Below are positions 37,800-50,556 of a DNA stretch of 64,000 nucleotides, piece after piece. The notes beneath the pieces are model-generated. The model saw only the letters and a program-made list of their open reading frames with translations. It had not been told where the DNA came from and ran no database searches. How positions within the stretch are numbered: position 1 is the first letter of the stretch; each line of letters opens with the position of its first letter. Source of the stretch: Octopus bimaculoides (Eukaryota); the NCBI RefSeq assembly GCF_001194135.2, contig NC_069002.1:13001708-13065707 (forward strand). Reading direction: 5' to 3'. The position numbers and the translations under genes were made by a program.

Positions 37800-38182
37800 T
37801 AACTCTCTAACTATCTCTGTCTCCTCTCTATTTGTTTATTCTGGCTGAAATTGTTTTTTCCTTTTATTTTGATTCTTTCATCTCTTGCAAATATTCTCTT
37901 TTTCTCCTCCCCTTCTCTCATTTTCATTGGTTTTTCTTTCCTGTACTCTCTATTTCTCTTTCTCTCTCTCTCTCTCTCTTTCACTGTCTCTTTCAAATTC
38001 TCCGTTTTCCTTCCTCTCTCTCATTTGTTTCTTTTTCTCTCAGTAGCTCTTCCTTTCTTTTGTTCTTTCTTTCTCTCTCTCTCTCTCACACACACACGCA
38101 TATTCCCACCTCTCTCTCTCTCTCATACACACATTTTCTCACTCTAACTCTCTCTCTCACACACACGCGCGCACATTCCCGC

Positions 38183-38219
<37 letters not shown>

Positions 38220-38345
38220 TCCTATCTCTCTTACGCGTACACATATACATATTCTCTTCCCCCCCCTCTCTCTCTCTCTCACACACACAATCTCTCTATC
38301 TTTCTCTTTCTTGCTTTATCTCACATATTCTCTAGTTCTTTATTT
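37800..38345. repeat. CT/CA-rich low-complexity tract
   Basis: Direct reading. Confidence 0.85.
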
Positions 38346-39053
38346 TCTTTTGTTTTTTTTTCCTTTCCAAAGGATGCACAACGTGAGAAGAATACAATGA
38401 AAAAAACTAGATGGTGGGGCGATGATTTTATGGTGAAGGGCGTTGCTTGTTGAGCGACGCTGAACAAGATAAAAAAACTATCATAATTACAAAAACAACA
38501 ATAATTTCAATAACAACAAGAGAATGAATATACAGGAATAGAAACGTTCTGATGCGAGGGGAAGGACGGTAAGGAAGGTAATAGGTTCGAATCGTTGCCA
38601 AAGAATTACTTCTAAGTGAGAAATATGTTCTCTCTTCGTACAGCCAATCATTCCATCGTTTTAGTCTGCTGCGCAAAATCTCCTTATAAAGAGATGGCAT
38701 GTCTAATGGCCGAGAGGAGTGGGAGATATATGTCGGCTTTGCAAGATTCGATCTTGTAACATTTGGAAGTTAAGGGGGGGAAATAATAAATAAAGCCAAT
38801 TTAATACCATCGAGTCAAGTGATATTTATTTTATCTTATCTTTTATCCTTTACGTGTTTCAGGTATTGGACTGCGGCCATTCTGGGGCACCGCCTTGAAG
38901 GGTTACAAGCGAACGAATCGACCGCAGTATTTATTCATTTCATTTTAAAGCCTGGTACTTATTCTATTAGACTCTTTTTACCGAGCCTCTAAGTTACTAG
39001 GACGTAAACAAACCAGCAACAGTTGTCAAGCGGTGATAGAGAACAAAGCGAAA

Positions 39054-39125
<72 letters not shown>

Positions 39126-39136
39126 GTGTAGATAGT

Positions 39137-39477
39137 GAAGGCGCATGGCTCAGTGGTTGGAGTGTTGGGCTCATAATCATGAGGTAGTGAGTTCGATTCC
39201 CAGACCGGGCTGTGTGTTGTGTTCTTGAGCAAGACACTTTATTTCACTTTGTTCCAGCTCACTCATCTGTAGAAATGAGTTGCGACATCACTGGTGCCAA
39301 GTTGTATCAGCTTTTGCCTTTCCTTTGGATAACATCAGTGAGTGGCATGGAGAAGGAAGGCTGGTCTGTATGGGCAATTACTGGTCTTCCATAAACAACT
39401 TTGCCTGGAATTGTGTCTTAGAGGCGAACTCTCTAGCTGTAATTCCATGGTCATTTATGACTGAAGAGGGTTTCCCT
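39137..39477 (+). mobile_element. tRNA-derived SINE, family D
   Basis: GGCGCATGGCTCAGTGGTT...GAGTTCGATTCC head; related copies at 39880-40172(-), 55770-56045 and 57170-57465. Confidence 0.75.
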
Positions 39478-40498
39478 TTTTGTTACCCTTATGTGCAAAA
39501 TAATCATTAGTGGTTAATAGACAAGGGCATGGAACAATACAAAAATGAATCCACCCACATTGAAACAGAAGATACAACACTGGTAAAAAAATACACAAAC
39601 ACGCAGGTATTGTTGTTACGGTGAAGAAATTCACTTTGCAACAGTATGGTTTCAGGTTCAGTCCCACTGTGTGACACCTTGGGCAAGTGTCATCTACTAT
39701 AGCTCCCAACTGACTAATACATTGTGAGTAAATTTGGTTGTTGGAAACTGTATGTGTGTGTGTGTATGTATGTATGTATACAAGTGGATGTAAGAATGTG
39801 TTTGTGTATGTATATATGTGTGTGTATGCATGTATATATACATATATATGTTTGTATACATAGTACCACTGTGACACCATGGGATTGCACCGTGAAAATT
39901 ACCCTCCATGGGACAAGTCCGGGCAAGGTTGTTTATGGAAGACCAGCAGTCGTCCATGCATACCAGCCTCCTCTTTCCACACCACAGAGGTTATCCAAGG
40001 AAAAAGCAAAGGCCGATACAGCTTCGCACAACTGATGCCACAACTCATTTCTACAGCTGAGTGAACTGGAGCAATGTGAAATAAAGTGTCTTGCTCTAGA
40101 ACACAACACACGGCCTGGGAAACGAATTCACTACCTCGTGATTGTGAGCCCAATGCTCTAACCATTAAGCCATAAAATTCCCTTATTTAAGGCTTCTTTA
40201 TCATCACCATCATCATTATTTAACGTTTGTTTTCCATGCTGGCATGGGTTGGATGGTTTAATAGGAGCTGGCAAACCAGAGGACTGTGTCATGCAATGTG
40301 GTCTGCTTTGTTTTGTTTTCTATGGAGGGATTCCCTTCCTAATGTCAACCACTTAACAGAGTGGACTGGGAGCTTTTCGCATGGCACCAACACAGGTGGG
40401 ATCACCAAGTAACTTGCAAGACAAAGATCCCCCCCCCCCCTTTTCCTTTCAGTACACACCTTCCAGTGTTAATTAGGTTACCTGTGTAACAGAAAAAC

Positions 40499-41131
40499 TT
40501 CAAACTATTTATAACAATCCTTCCAAACATTTAATGGAATGTCATTTTGTGGGAATTCCCATCTCCAGCTATTCCAGTGCACCTGTCACATGCGATGTCT
40601 ATGTTCACAGCTAACCTGTTTGTAATTCCACTTCACCTCTAGTGCATCCATACTTCACCATGTAAACTTCAGAGGGTACTGTTAGAGANNNNNNNNNNNN
40701 NNNNNNNNNNNNNNNNNNNNNNNNNNNNNNNNNNNNNNNNNNNNNNNNNNNNNNNNNNNNNNNNNNNNNNNNNNNNNNNNNNNNNNNNNNNNNNNNNNNN
40801 NNNNNNNNNNNNNNNNNNNNNNNNNNNNNNNNNNNNNNNNNNNNNNTATATATATATATATATATCAAAAATTTAAACAAGAGTTTTGACGCTAATATCC
40901 ATTTATATTAAAGTTTATTACCTATGTCAACATTTCTGTATAAGGTGTTGACAGGTTAGCTGTGAACATAGACATCGCATGTGACAGGTGCACTGGAATA
41001 GCTGGAGATGGGAATTCCCACAAAATGACATTCCATTAAATGTTTGGAAGGATTGTTATAAATAGTTTGAAATAAACTTTAATATAAATGGATATTAGCA
41101 TCAAAACTCTTATTTAAATTTTTGATATATA
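40499..41131. repeat. Interleaved inverted repeats (121-bp perfect; 59-bp with 2 mismatches)
   Basis: 40499-40619 is the exact reverse complement of 40951-41071; 40861-40919 vs 41071-41129; N-gap between the arms. Confidence 0.85.
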
Positions 41132-43389
41132 ACCAAGGAGATCGATCCATAATGAGTCTACTATAGACCGTTGTGGACGAATTTTTGCTATTTTGGTAAC
41201 AATTACATGTTTTATCTCACCAATACATTGTGGAGATATCATTATATGAACACACACACACACACACATAAATTGAAGCATGGTGCAGCTCTTTGGTTCA
41301 TCATCTCCAGTCAAACCATCTAACGCATACCAACATGGAAAATGGACGTTAAATGATGATGATGATAAATATATAATAATAATAATAATGATCCTTTCTA
41401 TTATAGGCACAAAGCCTGAAATTTGGGGGCAGGGGATAGTCGATTATATTGATCCCCAGTACTCAACAGGTACTTAATTTATCAACCCCAAAAGGATGAA
41501 AGGTAAAGTCGACCTCGGCGCAATTTGAACTCAGAACATAAAAACAGGTGAAATACTGCTAAGCATTTCGTCCAGTATGCCAACAATTCTGCCAGCAGCA
41601 AGCTGGCAGAATTATTAGCACACAATAATAATAATAATTATTATTATTATTATTAGGCAGTGAGCTGGCAGAATTGCTGGGATGATGGGCAAAATGCATT
41701 GTGACATTTCTTCAGTCTTTACATTCTGAGTTCAAATTCTGCTGAGGTTGACTTTGCCTTTCATCTTTTATGGGTTAATAAAGTAGGTTCCTATTGAAGA
41801 CTGGGGTTGATGTTATCAACTTACTCTCTACCCCGAAATTACTGGCCGTGTGCCAAAATTTGTAACCATTATTATTATTATTATTATTATTATTAATATT
41901 CATTGTTTAACGTCCATGTTCCATGCTAGCAAGGGTTGGACGATTTGACTGAGGACTGGCGAACCAGATGGCTGCACCAGGCTCCAATATGATTTGGCAG
42001 AGTTTCTACAGCTGGTTGCCCTTCCTAACGCAAATCACTCCAAGAGCGTAGTGGGTGCTTTTACATGCTACCGGCACAAGGGCCAGTCAGGCAGTACTGG
42101 CAACGAGCACGCTCAAGTGGTGTTCTTTACGTGCCACCTGAACAGGAGCCAGTCCAGTGGCACTGGCAACGACCTTTCTCAAATATTTTTTCACTTGCCA
42201 CTGGCACAAGTGCCAGTAAGGCGATGCTGGTAACGATCACGTTCGAATGGTGCTTTTTACGTGCCACTGGCACGGAAGCCAGTCGGCTGCTCTGGCAGCA
42301 TATTATTATTATTTTGCTTAGGCATAGCAATACTAAAAACTGGGTGTTAGAACTCATACTTCAGAATGAAGTTTCAGTTGAGTACAGAGCAGTAATAAGA
42401 AATTAGCATGACAAAAGAATAAGAAATTATGTCATGCACTTCATTAGCATACAGCCGTTTCTACAATTAGATGCAATGCACTCATAATTGAATGTTTGTG
42501 TATTAATTACCCTACAGCTTCCTTTGTCATTTTAATTTCTTATGCAGGCCGTCATTGACTTACGACCTAGCCAACTTATGAGTGATCAACGTTGCGACGA
42601 TTGGTGCGCCAGTTCCCGGTAGTAATAATAAATAGTTCGGTTGAAATCTAATGGGATTAATTTCTTAGAAATTAACCTGTCTACAGATAATGTCAGCTAA
42701 CAAACGCTTCCCATAGGTTTGGTTATCGATCACCACTGTGGTTATCCTGATTGTTGGATGAATATTCCTGTCACAGAGACATTGAAGCAACCTCGTATTT
42801 GTTTATAAGATGAATGCTTGAGACTTCAGAATTTTTGACTATCACCAGTATAACAGTACAATACAGAATGCCGTGTGTGACTTTTACCTGAGAATGTACC
42901 TTAAGAGTGTAAAAGGCCAACTTGTGACCAACTGACTTTAAGTCGATTTGATTATTCTATCAAATGTAATACTCATGAATTCATGTGGTTTTGAATTAAA
43001 CAAGCATTATCTTGTTGCTTTGAGATTTTGATGATGTGATTGCTTATTTTTAGAATGACATTATAGGATAGATGGGAGAGGCCAGATCTGGCCAGTTAGG
43101 GCATAAAACATGTAGAATAATTCGATCAGATATGGCCAGCTTAAATGTTAATGGGTTAACAAGGTTGGTGTCTGGGTCACTAGCAAGGGTGTATGTATGT
43201 ATGGGAGGGTGATACTTTACAGTGACCCCTAAAATGAACTGCAAACATAGACCTTTGAATCTAAAAATGTATATTATCAGTAGATGAGGTGAAACAAGCA
43301 TGGGAGATGCTTTGCCCCATACAGAAGCTGCAAAAGCTACACAGAAGTTTTGAAAACTCTTCTAAAGCCATCATGTTGCCAGAAATATG

Positions 43390-43698
43390 TTTGTATCATC
43401 AGCAGGTATCTCAGGGTCACAAGCGTTTCACCCTTTAGCCTGTACACTTCACCTGACTGGGGCAGCGAGGATGGAACTAGTTTTCACCAACGGAAGGATT
43501 CCATTTGCAATCCCTTATCAACCATAACCACCATGTGTTAGTTTCAGTTGCCTATCTCCTTGATGGATTTCTTTAGTTGTCAGGGCTCGGGGCTGTCTTC
43601 TGTAGGAAATAGCACACTGATCTAGCTGGAAATCCATGGCAACTGATTTCAATGGAAAATGAAGCTGCATGTTATCCCTTGACAAGAGCCTCATCAAC
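43390..43698 (-). mobile_element. Second Hero-like LINE 3' relic with 3'UTR
   Basis: KG*HAASFSIEISCHGFPARS...ETNTWWLWLIRDCKW, then a gaaac...ctgatga-containing 3'UTR. Confidence 0.5.
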
Positions 43699-44680
43699 TA
43701 ATAAGTTTTGATATTTATTTTCTTTATTGGTGGGAAATATCAAATCTGCCCTCCCAGAGAACTGTAAGTTTGACCATGATGAGAACAGGAACATGTCTGG
43801 TAAGAGTGATGTTACTACTATCTCCTCATTTATTTAATATAAAATACCCATTTTATATGAGGGTATTTTATATGGGGGTGCTAGATTCCCTTGTTAGAAA
43901 ATATAAAGACACAGATCGTGTTGTATAACCAGCTGGAGACGATGTCTCCTGGGGCTAAATTACAGCAACATTCGTCCTAAATCAGGACTGCCATGTTATG
44001 TTGGCAAACAATCTTTACTCCAAAATACCCATTGTTTGAAACCAAAGTTCATCAAGGTAAGATACTTTCATAAAACATTTGTAAACAGTGCAATGTCTGT
44101 TTGACCTTCTTCATAAAACAGTTTTTCTTAACTTGAATCGAAAAACACACAAGTTATGAAAAGCAATTCACGATTATAAATTTTAGGTTACTGTTAACCC
44201 AACATAATAGAATTACAAAGAAGAAAGTCTTGTCTACACAATGGCTTTATAAGTTACATGAAAAAAATACATTTGGTGGACTTTAACCTGGATGTTTCAA
44301 TTTCTGAGAGTATCAACAATGATGGAGAGTAAATAGCAACAGTAAAGGCTTCCAGAAATAGAATCAAGTGAAAAACTTTTTTGTTTATTTCTAATCAAGT
44401 CTTCCATACAATAATGGCAGACATGAATCGCTTCGAAAACCATAAGGAAAGGAAAACTAAAGACAAACTAAATTAAATTAGAAAGCTTTTGCCATAAATA
44501 TAGCAATGGGCAATTAGCAAGCTATATTGTACAATATAATACTGACAAATAATTCACTTTTTATATGATGTTTAATCAAAACTTAAGTAACTTTAACTGT
44601 ATATAATATTCCATCAAGATTCTCCTTCATTTTTTTTACCCATACAAAGAACGAATGCATTAGTCTATCAGGAGTCCTAC

Positions 44681-44721
<41 letters not shown>

Positions 44722-44989
44722 AGGTTTGGAGGTGATGTACAGGAATTATATATTAGAAATAATAATCAGGTACTCAGACGTCTGGATGGTTGTACGTTTA
44801 CAAAGTTTTATTCATATGTTACATGTTTTATAAATTAGCGCTTTCACCTAGTCTTGTAGGGTTTTCAAATTTTGATTTCACCTTGAGAGGTGTATATATA
44901 TATATATATGTACACATATATAAAATTCATAATGTTTATACACACACACATATATAAGTGAAGGTGCATGGCCTAGTGGTTAGAGTGTT

Positions 44990-45275
44990 GCACTCCCAAT
45001 CACTACATTGTCCCTCTCAGTGCTTGCACCCTGATCTACAAAACACTTTTAACCAACCTCCACTGCCTCCAGCCTGGTGGCCTTCTGCCTACTGTGATGC
45101 CAATCATGCTGTAAGTTCTGCAGAGGGACTGACCTGCAAGGCCTCAGCTTCCCACTTCAATGGGATCCCACCGTGCTTACCAGCCATTACTTTGACAGCT
45201 CTCCACCAGCTCAGTGTATTTCCACCTCTTGCACCCGATGCAATTTTCTCAGGGAGGAAAAGCACACTCTAAGAT
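44990..45275 (-). mobile_element. Hero-clade (RLE) LINE C-terminal relic
   Basis: KYTELVESCQSNGW*ARWDPIEVGS*GLAGQSLCRTYSMIGIT resembles the remembered Hero motif KY.ELV..C...GW....P.EVG.RGF...S. Confidence 0.6.
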
Positions 45276-46341
45276 GTAGAGCAGTTAATATTACAGTGGA
45301 GTAGAACAGTTTATGGGGTTGCCCCATAAACCAGCCTACCCCACTATAATATATATATATAAATAAATGAAAATGGCAGGCAGATGTGACTGAGATGTAA
45401 ATATAAGTTTTAAGATTGAAAACAAGGAAACACAGAGGAGGCAATTGCAGAGAATGAAAGCTGTAGAGAAAGAACATTTTTTTAATTAAAATATATTAAA
45501 ATTGGAATTTTCAAGATTTCTTTATCGTTCAAATAGATGTTTAGAGCTTTGGCTACACACACACACACACGTTTGGTAATTGATCTGGACAACAATAATG
45601 CAAGGCTCAAGAGCAATTTAGTATTGCTGATGACAAAGAGACCACTATAGTGCTGGAGCCATGAAAAATACACCCAGTACATTCTGTAAAGCGGTTATTG
45701 TTAGGAGTAACACTATCCATAAAAATCATGCCAAAAATGAGATACTAGAAGACACCGTGTTCCTCCAACAATTTTGTTGAAGTGTTCTACCCATGTCAGT
45801 ATGGAAAGTTGATATAAAATTATCATAAGAAGTGTGTGTGTGTGTGTGTGTTGCATTATGGTTGACTTAAGTACCAACAGTATACAGGTTTGGCTGTGAG
45901 GTTAAGAAGCTTGCTTCCCAACCATAAGGTCAACGGTTCAGTCCCATTGTGTAGCATCTTGGGTATCTTCTACTATAACTTTGCACTGACCAAAGCCTTG
46001 TGAGGCAGAAAGGGGTCTGGCGTCGATTTGTTGAACTAAAAACCTTCAAAATGGTGCCCCAACATGGCCGCAATCCAATGACAAACCAGTAAAAGGAGAA
46101 AAATACGGTAAAAGATATAAACGAATCCCTGTAGCATAAATATGTGGTCCCCGTACAAGAGTTAGAAACCATCACAGACAGCAACACCATTATCATCGCA
46201 ACCCAATGCAGTATTACGTTATGTTCTTCAGCAAAACATCTCTTTTTCTTCTGGGCTTCATGCCAATTCCTCACACAAAACCAATACTGCTTATTTCGTT
46301 TTTTGGTCACCCTTCACTAACATGCATCACGTTGCAAATTA

Positions 46342-47215
46342 CTGGTTAATGTTTACTTTTACAACCAGCCACCAAAACAAAACAAAAACAGGAAACAAGT
46401 GTAATAGATGTGAAAAAAAAATGTGTATTAAACGAATATGAAAACAAAAATTTGCGCCAACGAACAGGGGGATGGGGAGAGGACTTTCGGAAAATTCACA
46501 CGATCCGATTTTTTCTCTCATAACTTTTAGGAAAAAGGATAACTTTTAATGAAATTTCATATAAATACCTTTCAAACGGCATAGATTACGATTATAAAGA
46601 AATTTGTGGAGAAAATCTTTTTCGAGGGGGTGGGGAGAGGACTTTCGGAAAATTCACACGATCCGATTTATTCCCTCATAACTTTTAGGAAAAAGGATAA
46701 CTTTTAATGAAATTTCATACAAATACCTTTCAAACAGCATAGATTACGATTACAAAGAAATTAGTGGGGAAATTTTTTTTCCGAGGAGGTGGAGAGAAGA
46801 ATTTGGAAGAGAAAGAAATTCATAAAGTATTTTTTTTTTTGCTTGAGTGTAATGGAAAGAAGTTTGAAATTCCTTTATTTTTCGTTGATCAAAAGGTTTT
46901 TTTAAAAGATCCCAACGTGCTAAAAACAACAGCTAAATCACCCTTAACTTTTTTTCCATAGTGAAAACATATTCAACACCATATTTATGAATTTGTTTCT
47001 CTCACCATGATACATTTTCCTAAAAGTTATGAGGGGAAAAAATCGGATCTTGTGTATTTTCCGATAGTTCTCTCCACACCCCATCCCCGGCTCGTTGGCG
47101 CATATTTTTGTTTCATATTCGTTTAATACAATTTTTTAAATACCTATTACACTTGTTTGGTTTTATTTTTTGTTTTTGTTTTAGTAGCCAGGTGTTAAAG
47201 TAAACATTAACCCAG
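46342..47215. mobile_element. Foldback/MITE-like element with long imperfect TIRs and internal 158-bp tandem repeat
   Basis: About 46342-46537 is the imperfect reverse complement of about 47014-47215; direct repeat of period 158 at 46467-46783. Confidence 0.7.
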
Positions 47216-49281
47216 ATAACTATTTGAATAAAACATAAATAAAAGCATAATTGAGGTTGTTCCCACAGTAAGCTTCCTGTATTCTTCATACATCTAACAG
47301 TACACAGAACCGTCTAAAGGCGCAGACGCACTTGGCAGCTACACGGGAGTTTCACGAGTTGAAGGAATCCAATTATGATCTATGTATAGATATTATAGGA
47401 CCCACGGGCCTTTAATGCTGCCAAGATAGCCTTGGCACTACTTCCTTAAAAATGAAAGGAAAAGAAAAAAAGCAGGGTGTGATCTGAAAACGATTTAGGT
47501 CGAACTATTTACGTCAAGTCATTCTGCGTGGTTCGAGAAATTATAGATTGGTGGCACAATCGTTAGAGTCGGAAACAAGAAACAATGCTTGCAGCATTAA
47601 GCGGCGGTACTTTCCGTTCTAAGATCAAATGATGGAAGTCAAGTATTTGGGATCGATATAATGTGCATGTAAAGAATCATAGATATGGATGGAATTATAA
47701 TGAATTATATATAATAAGAGGCCATCATGGGCGGAATGTGTCAGTAGAGGAAACTCCTGACAAAGCGAATCTGCGGCTGAGTTTCAATTCCCGAATTGAG
47801 CTATCTTCGCTTCATTTATGTTGTATACATTAATTACTCACGCAAACAGACGCGCGCGCGCGCGGGAGTATGGGAGTGAAATTTGCAGGGGCGGGGGGTC
47901 GGAGTGCAAACCCAGGCATAACCTAGGATGTTCAAAACATTTTCATTTCCCCCGAAAATTTTAGCGGGTGCAAGCGCACCCTACTGCACCTGAGTTTATG
48001 ATACGTCTATGTATGCGAGTATGTATGTATGCATGTATGTACGTATGTATGCATGCGAGTATGTATGTATGCATGTATGTGTGTGTGTGTGTGTGTATAC
48101 AAACTGGTAATTAGCCATTTATAGGCCTCCGTCTGTATGTTACAAAAACAGTTGTTAAACAACATAAATACAGTGTTTTTATTTAGTAGCGAGCCAACCC
48201 TCATCTAACAGATATACGATCGATTACGTTCTAATAGTGATATAACGTATAAGCTTTGGGTCAGACTCGAACAAGTAGATCAATAATCGAAATGAAACAC
48301 TCATGACAAGTGTACATATGTTGTGGTTTAACTTCAGGTCAGATTTGATCAAACATCGCCCATTTGATATCATCTTGTCTTTTACATTTGTTTCTAGGAT
48401 TGTATTATTCAATGTGGTTTTCATGGGTTTCAAAAGTTAAGGTGTAATTTGAAGGGGTCTCGGTGGCAGTTGATGCTGTTATTTTTAACAACTTCGTCAC
48501 ACCAACGTGGAGGTATTTAATTACCTCTGTATGCAGCAGAAAATGTAGTAACCTAGTAAGACATATGTTATGACATACATCGAATGTACGGGCTTACTAT
48601 ACATTTATACACACATTTGTGTGTGTTCACACATACACTTATGAACATCGCAGCTACATAATAAACCAATTAATATATACATAGATAGATAGATAGATAG
48701 ATAGATGTACATATTAGAGATCGAGACGTTGACACAAGGTATAATATATACAAGCGCCCACACAAACTGTGATAGATGGAAAGAAAGCTGGTGCACAGCA
48801 TGTCATGATGGTGCTCCTACGACTTCGTGGGCACTTGAGGCCCCATTATTACACACACACACATATATATATACATATGTATATGTATACAGACATTATA
48901 TACATGTATGTGTGTATTCTAGTCAAATATTATTTCTACATGTGTCTATATAACATACACATACAACATAACGTCTGTAACGCTCTACATTTAGTCAACG
49001 ACGGAATCTCAACATGGTCACTGGGTCTGTCAAAATTAACAACCACATTTCCCGCAAATCACATCCCTACTATTTTAGATAGGACTAGTCTGGCTACTAC
49101 CGTCCTACATACCCAAGAAGATAGAATGTTTACGGCTAGAATGTCATAGATCGTAGGATCGCTCGTTCAGTGCCGACCTGGCGCTAAACAACATGTTCTT
49201 CATTCAGCTAACAAGAAAACCTCTATATGGGTGTTCGAACTGCTAAAATAGCATACAAAATCACCATATATTACATCTTAC

Positions 49282-49356
49282 ACTGTTAGATATACCGTAT
49301 CTGATAAAATAAGTAAATAAAAGGCGGCTGGTTACAACTGAAACGTTTCTGATCAT
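49282..49356 (-). CDS. HK: Candidate alternative first exon (1b) of hexokinase, MIRNVSVVTSRLLFTYFIRYGISNS
   Basis: 75 nt from ATG to AGT|GTAAGA, phase 0, compatible with exon 2. Peptide has 3 Arg, no acidic residues and a hydrophobic LLFTYF core. Kozak context is weak and there is no transcript evidence. Confidence 0.45.
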
Positions 49357-50517
49357 AAGTCCACTGGTATCGCGGTTGGCGTAGAGTGAAACAACACCAC
49401 GTTCTCTAGAACATACGTCTACATGATATATGTATATCTGTGTTTGATAAACATCTGCTGGGTCTTGTGTTATATACATGTCGTGTAAGTGAATGTGTAT
49501 AAATATAAACCTGTGTGTATATGTTATATATATATATATGTGCGCATACGTTATCAATGTCTATCTCTATATGTACATCAATAATTACATGTTTATAAAT
49601 ATATAATATAGATCTCTGTATAAACGTTATGTAACTTAATATAATCTTTATCAAAACACACATATATATTATATATACACACATATTTGTGGAACTCATC
49701 TACGTGTGTGTGTGTGTATACATTATACACACATTCATGATTTATGTTATATAACAAAAGTACAGACCTACTTTAATAACATCAAAATGCAAACAGGACA
49801 AATCAACAAGACATATTTTATACGTGTAACAGTTGATCTTTTACATATGTAAGAGACCCTTAATGGAAATAATCTGTAACTTAAACGAAAGGTCGCACAT
49901 TTTAGGGAAGAAAATGATTTAATCGGTGCTTGTTTTATCGATCTCGGTGGAATGAGAGGCAAAATTAACCCCAACAAGATTTCAATTAAATACCAGAGTG
50001 TATTTTATATGAAATTCAACGATTTCCACCCTAATAATTGCAATAATGTTTCATGACACAGGAACAAGACCTTACATTTTGGTAAGGAATTGATGCTGTA
50101 TATTTAATTGGCACCGCGTTACTTGACAGGTACTCGTTTTATTAACCCCACCCAGAGAGATGAAAGGTTACAGAAACAGACAGAATTTTAATAAATACGA
50201 GATATATTTCGTCAGACGTACAAGATTCCACACCCGCCCATTAAATAATAGTAATATTGTTGATACAATGGTATCAATAAGTTATAGTAATAATAATCAA
50301 CAATGATGATTTTTTTACCGCGGGAGTAAAGAGACACAAAATAGTAGAGGGGCTTTACACTGAACCGAGGGATGGAACACACACACACACACACACAAAA
50401 ACGAACGTTTTTAGTAATAATAATTAAGAGAAGAATTAAGTCAATCAATCAAATCAAGTTAAAAGATCTATAATTGTAAGTAATTGTAAGAAGAATTAAG
50501 TAATTTTCAGTACTTAC

Positions 50518-50556
50518 CTTCTCATAACGAGCTATTTGTTCCGGAGTTGAAGGCAT
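50518..50556 (-). CDS. HK: Hexokinase first coding exon (1a), MPSTPEQIARYEK
   Basis: ATG in caaaaATG context with an in-frame TAA four codons upstream. 39 nt ending AAG|GTAAGT; phase 0 matches the phase-0 acceptor of exon 2. Lies in a unique, CpG-richer region. The 28.9-kb link to exon 2 is inferred. Confidence 0.7.

Noticed and set aside
42888-42957. CAG|GTAAAA donor preceded by an open frame
   Set aside because: An in-frame stop is reached with no ATG.
49395-49400. RCGTG hypoxia-response core near exon 1b
   Set aside because: A 5-mer is too frequent to be evidence by itself.
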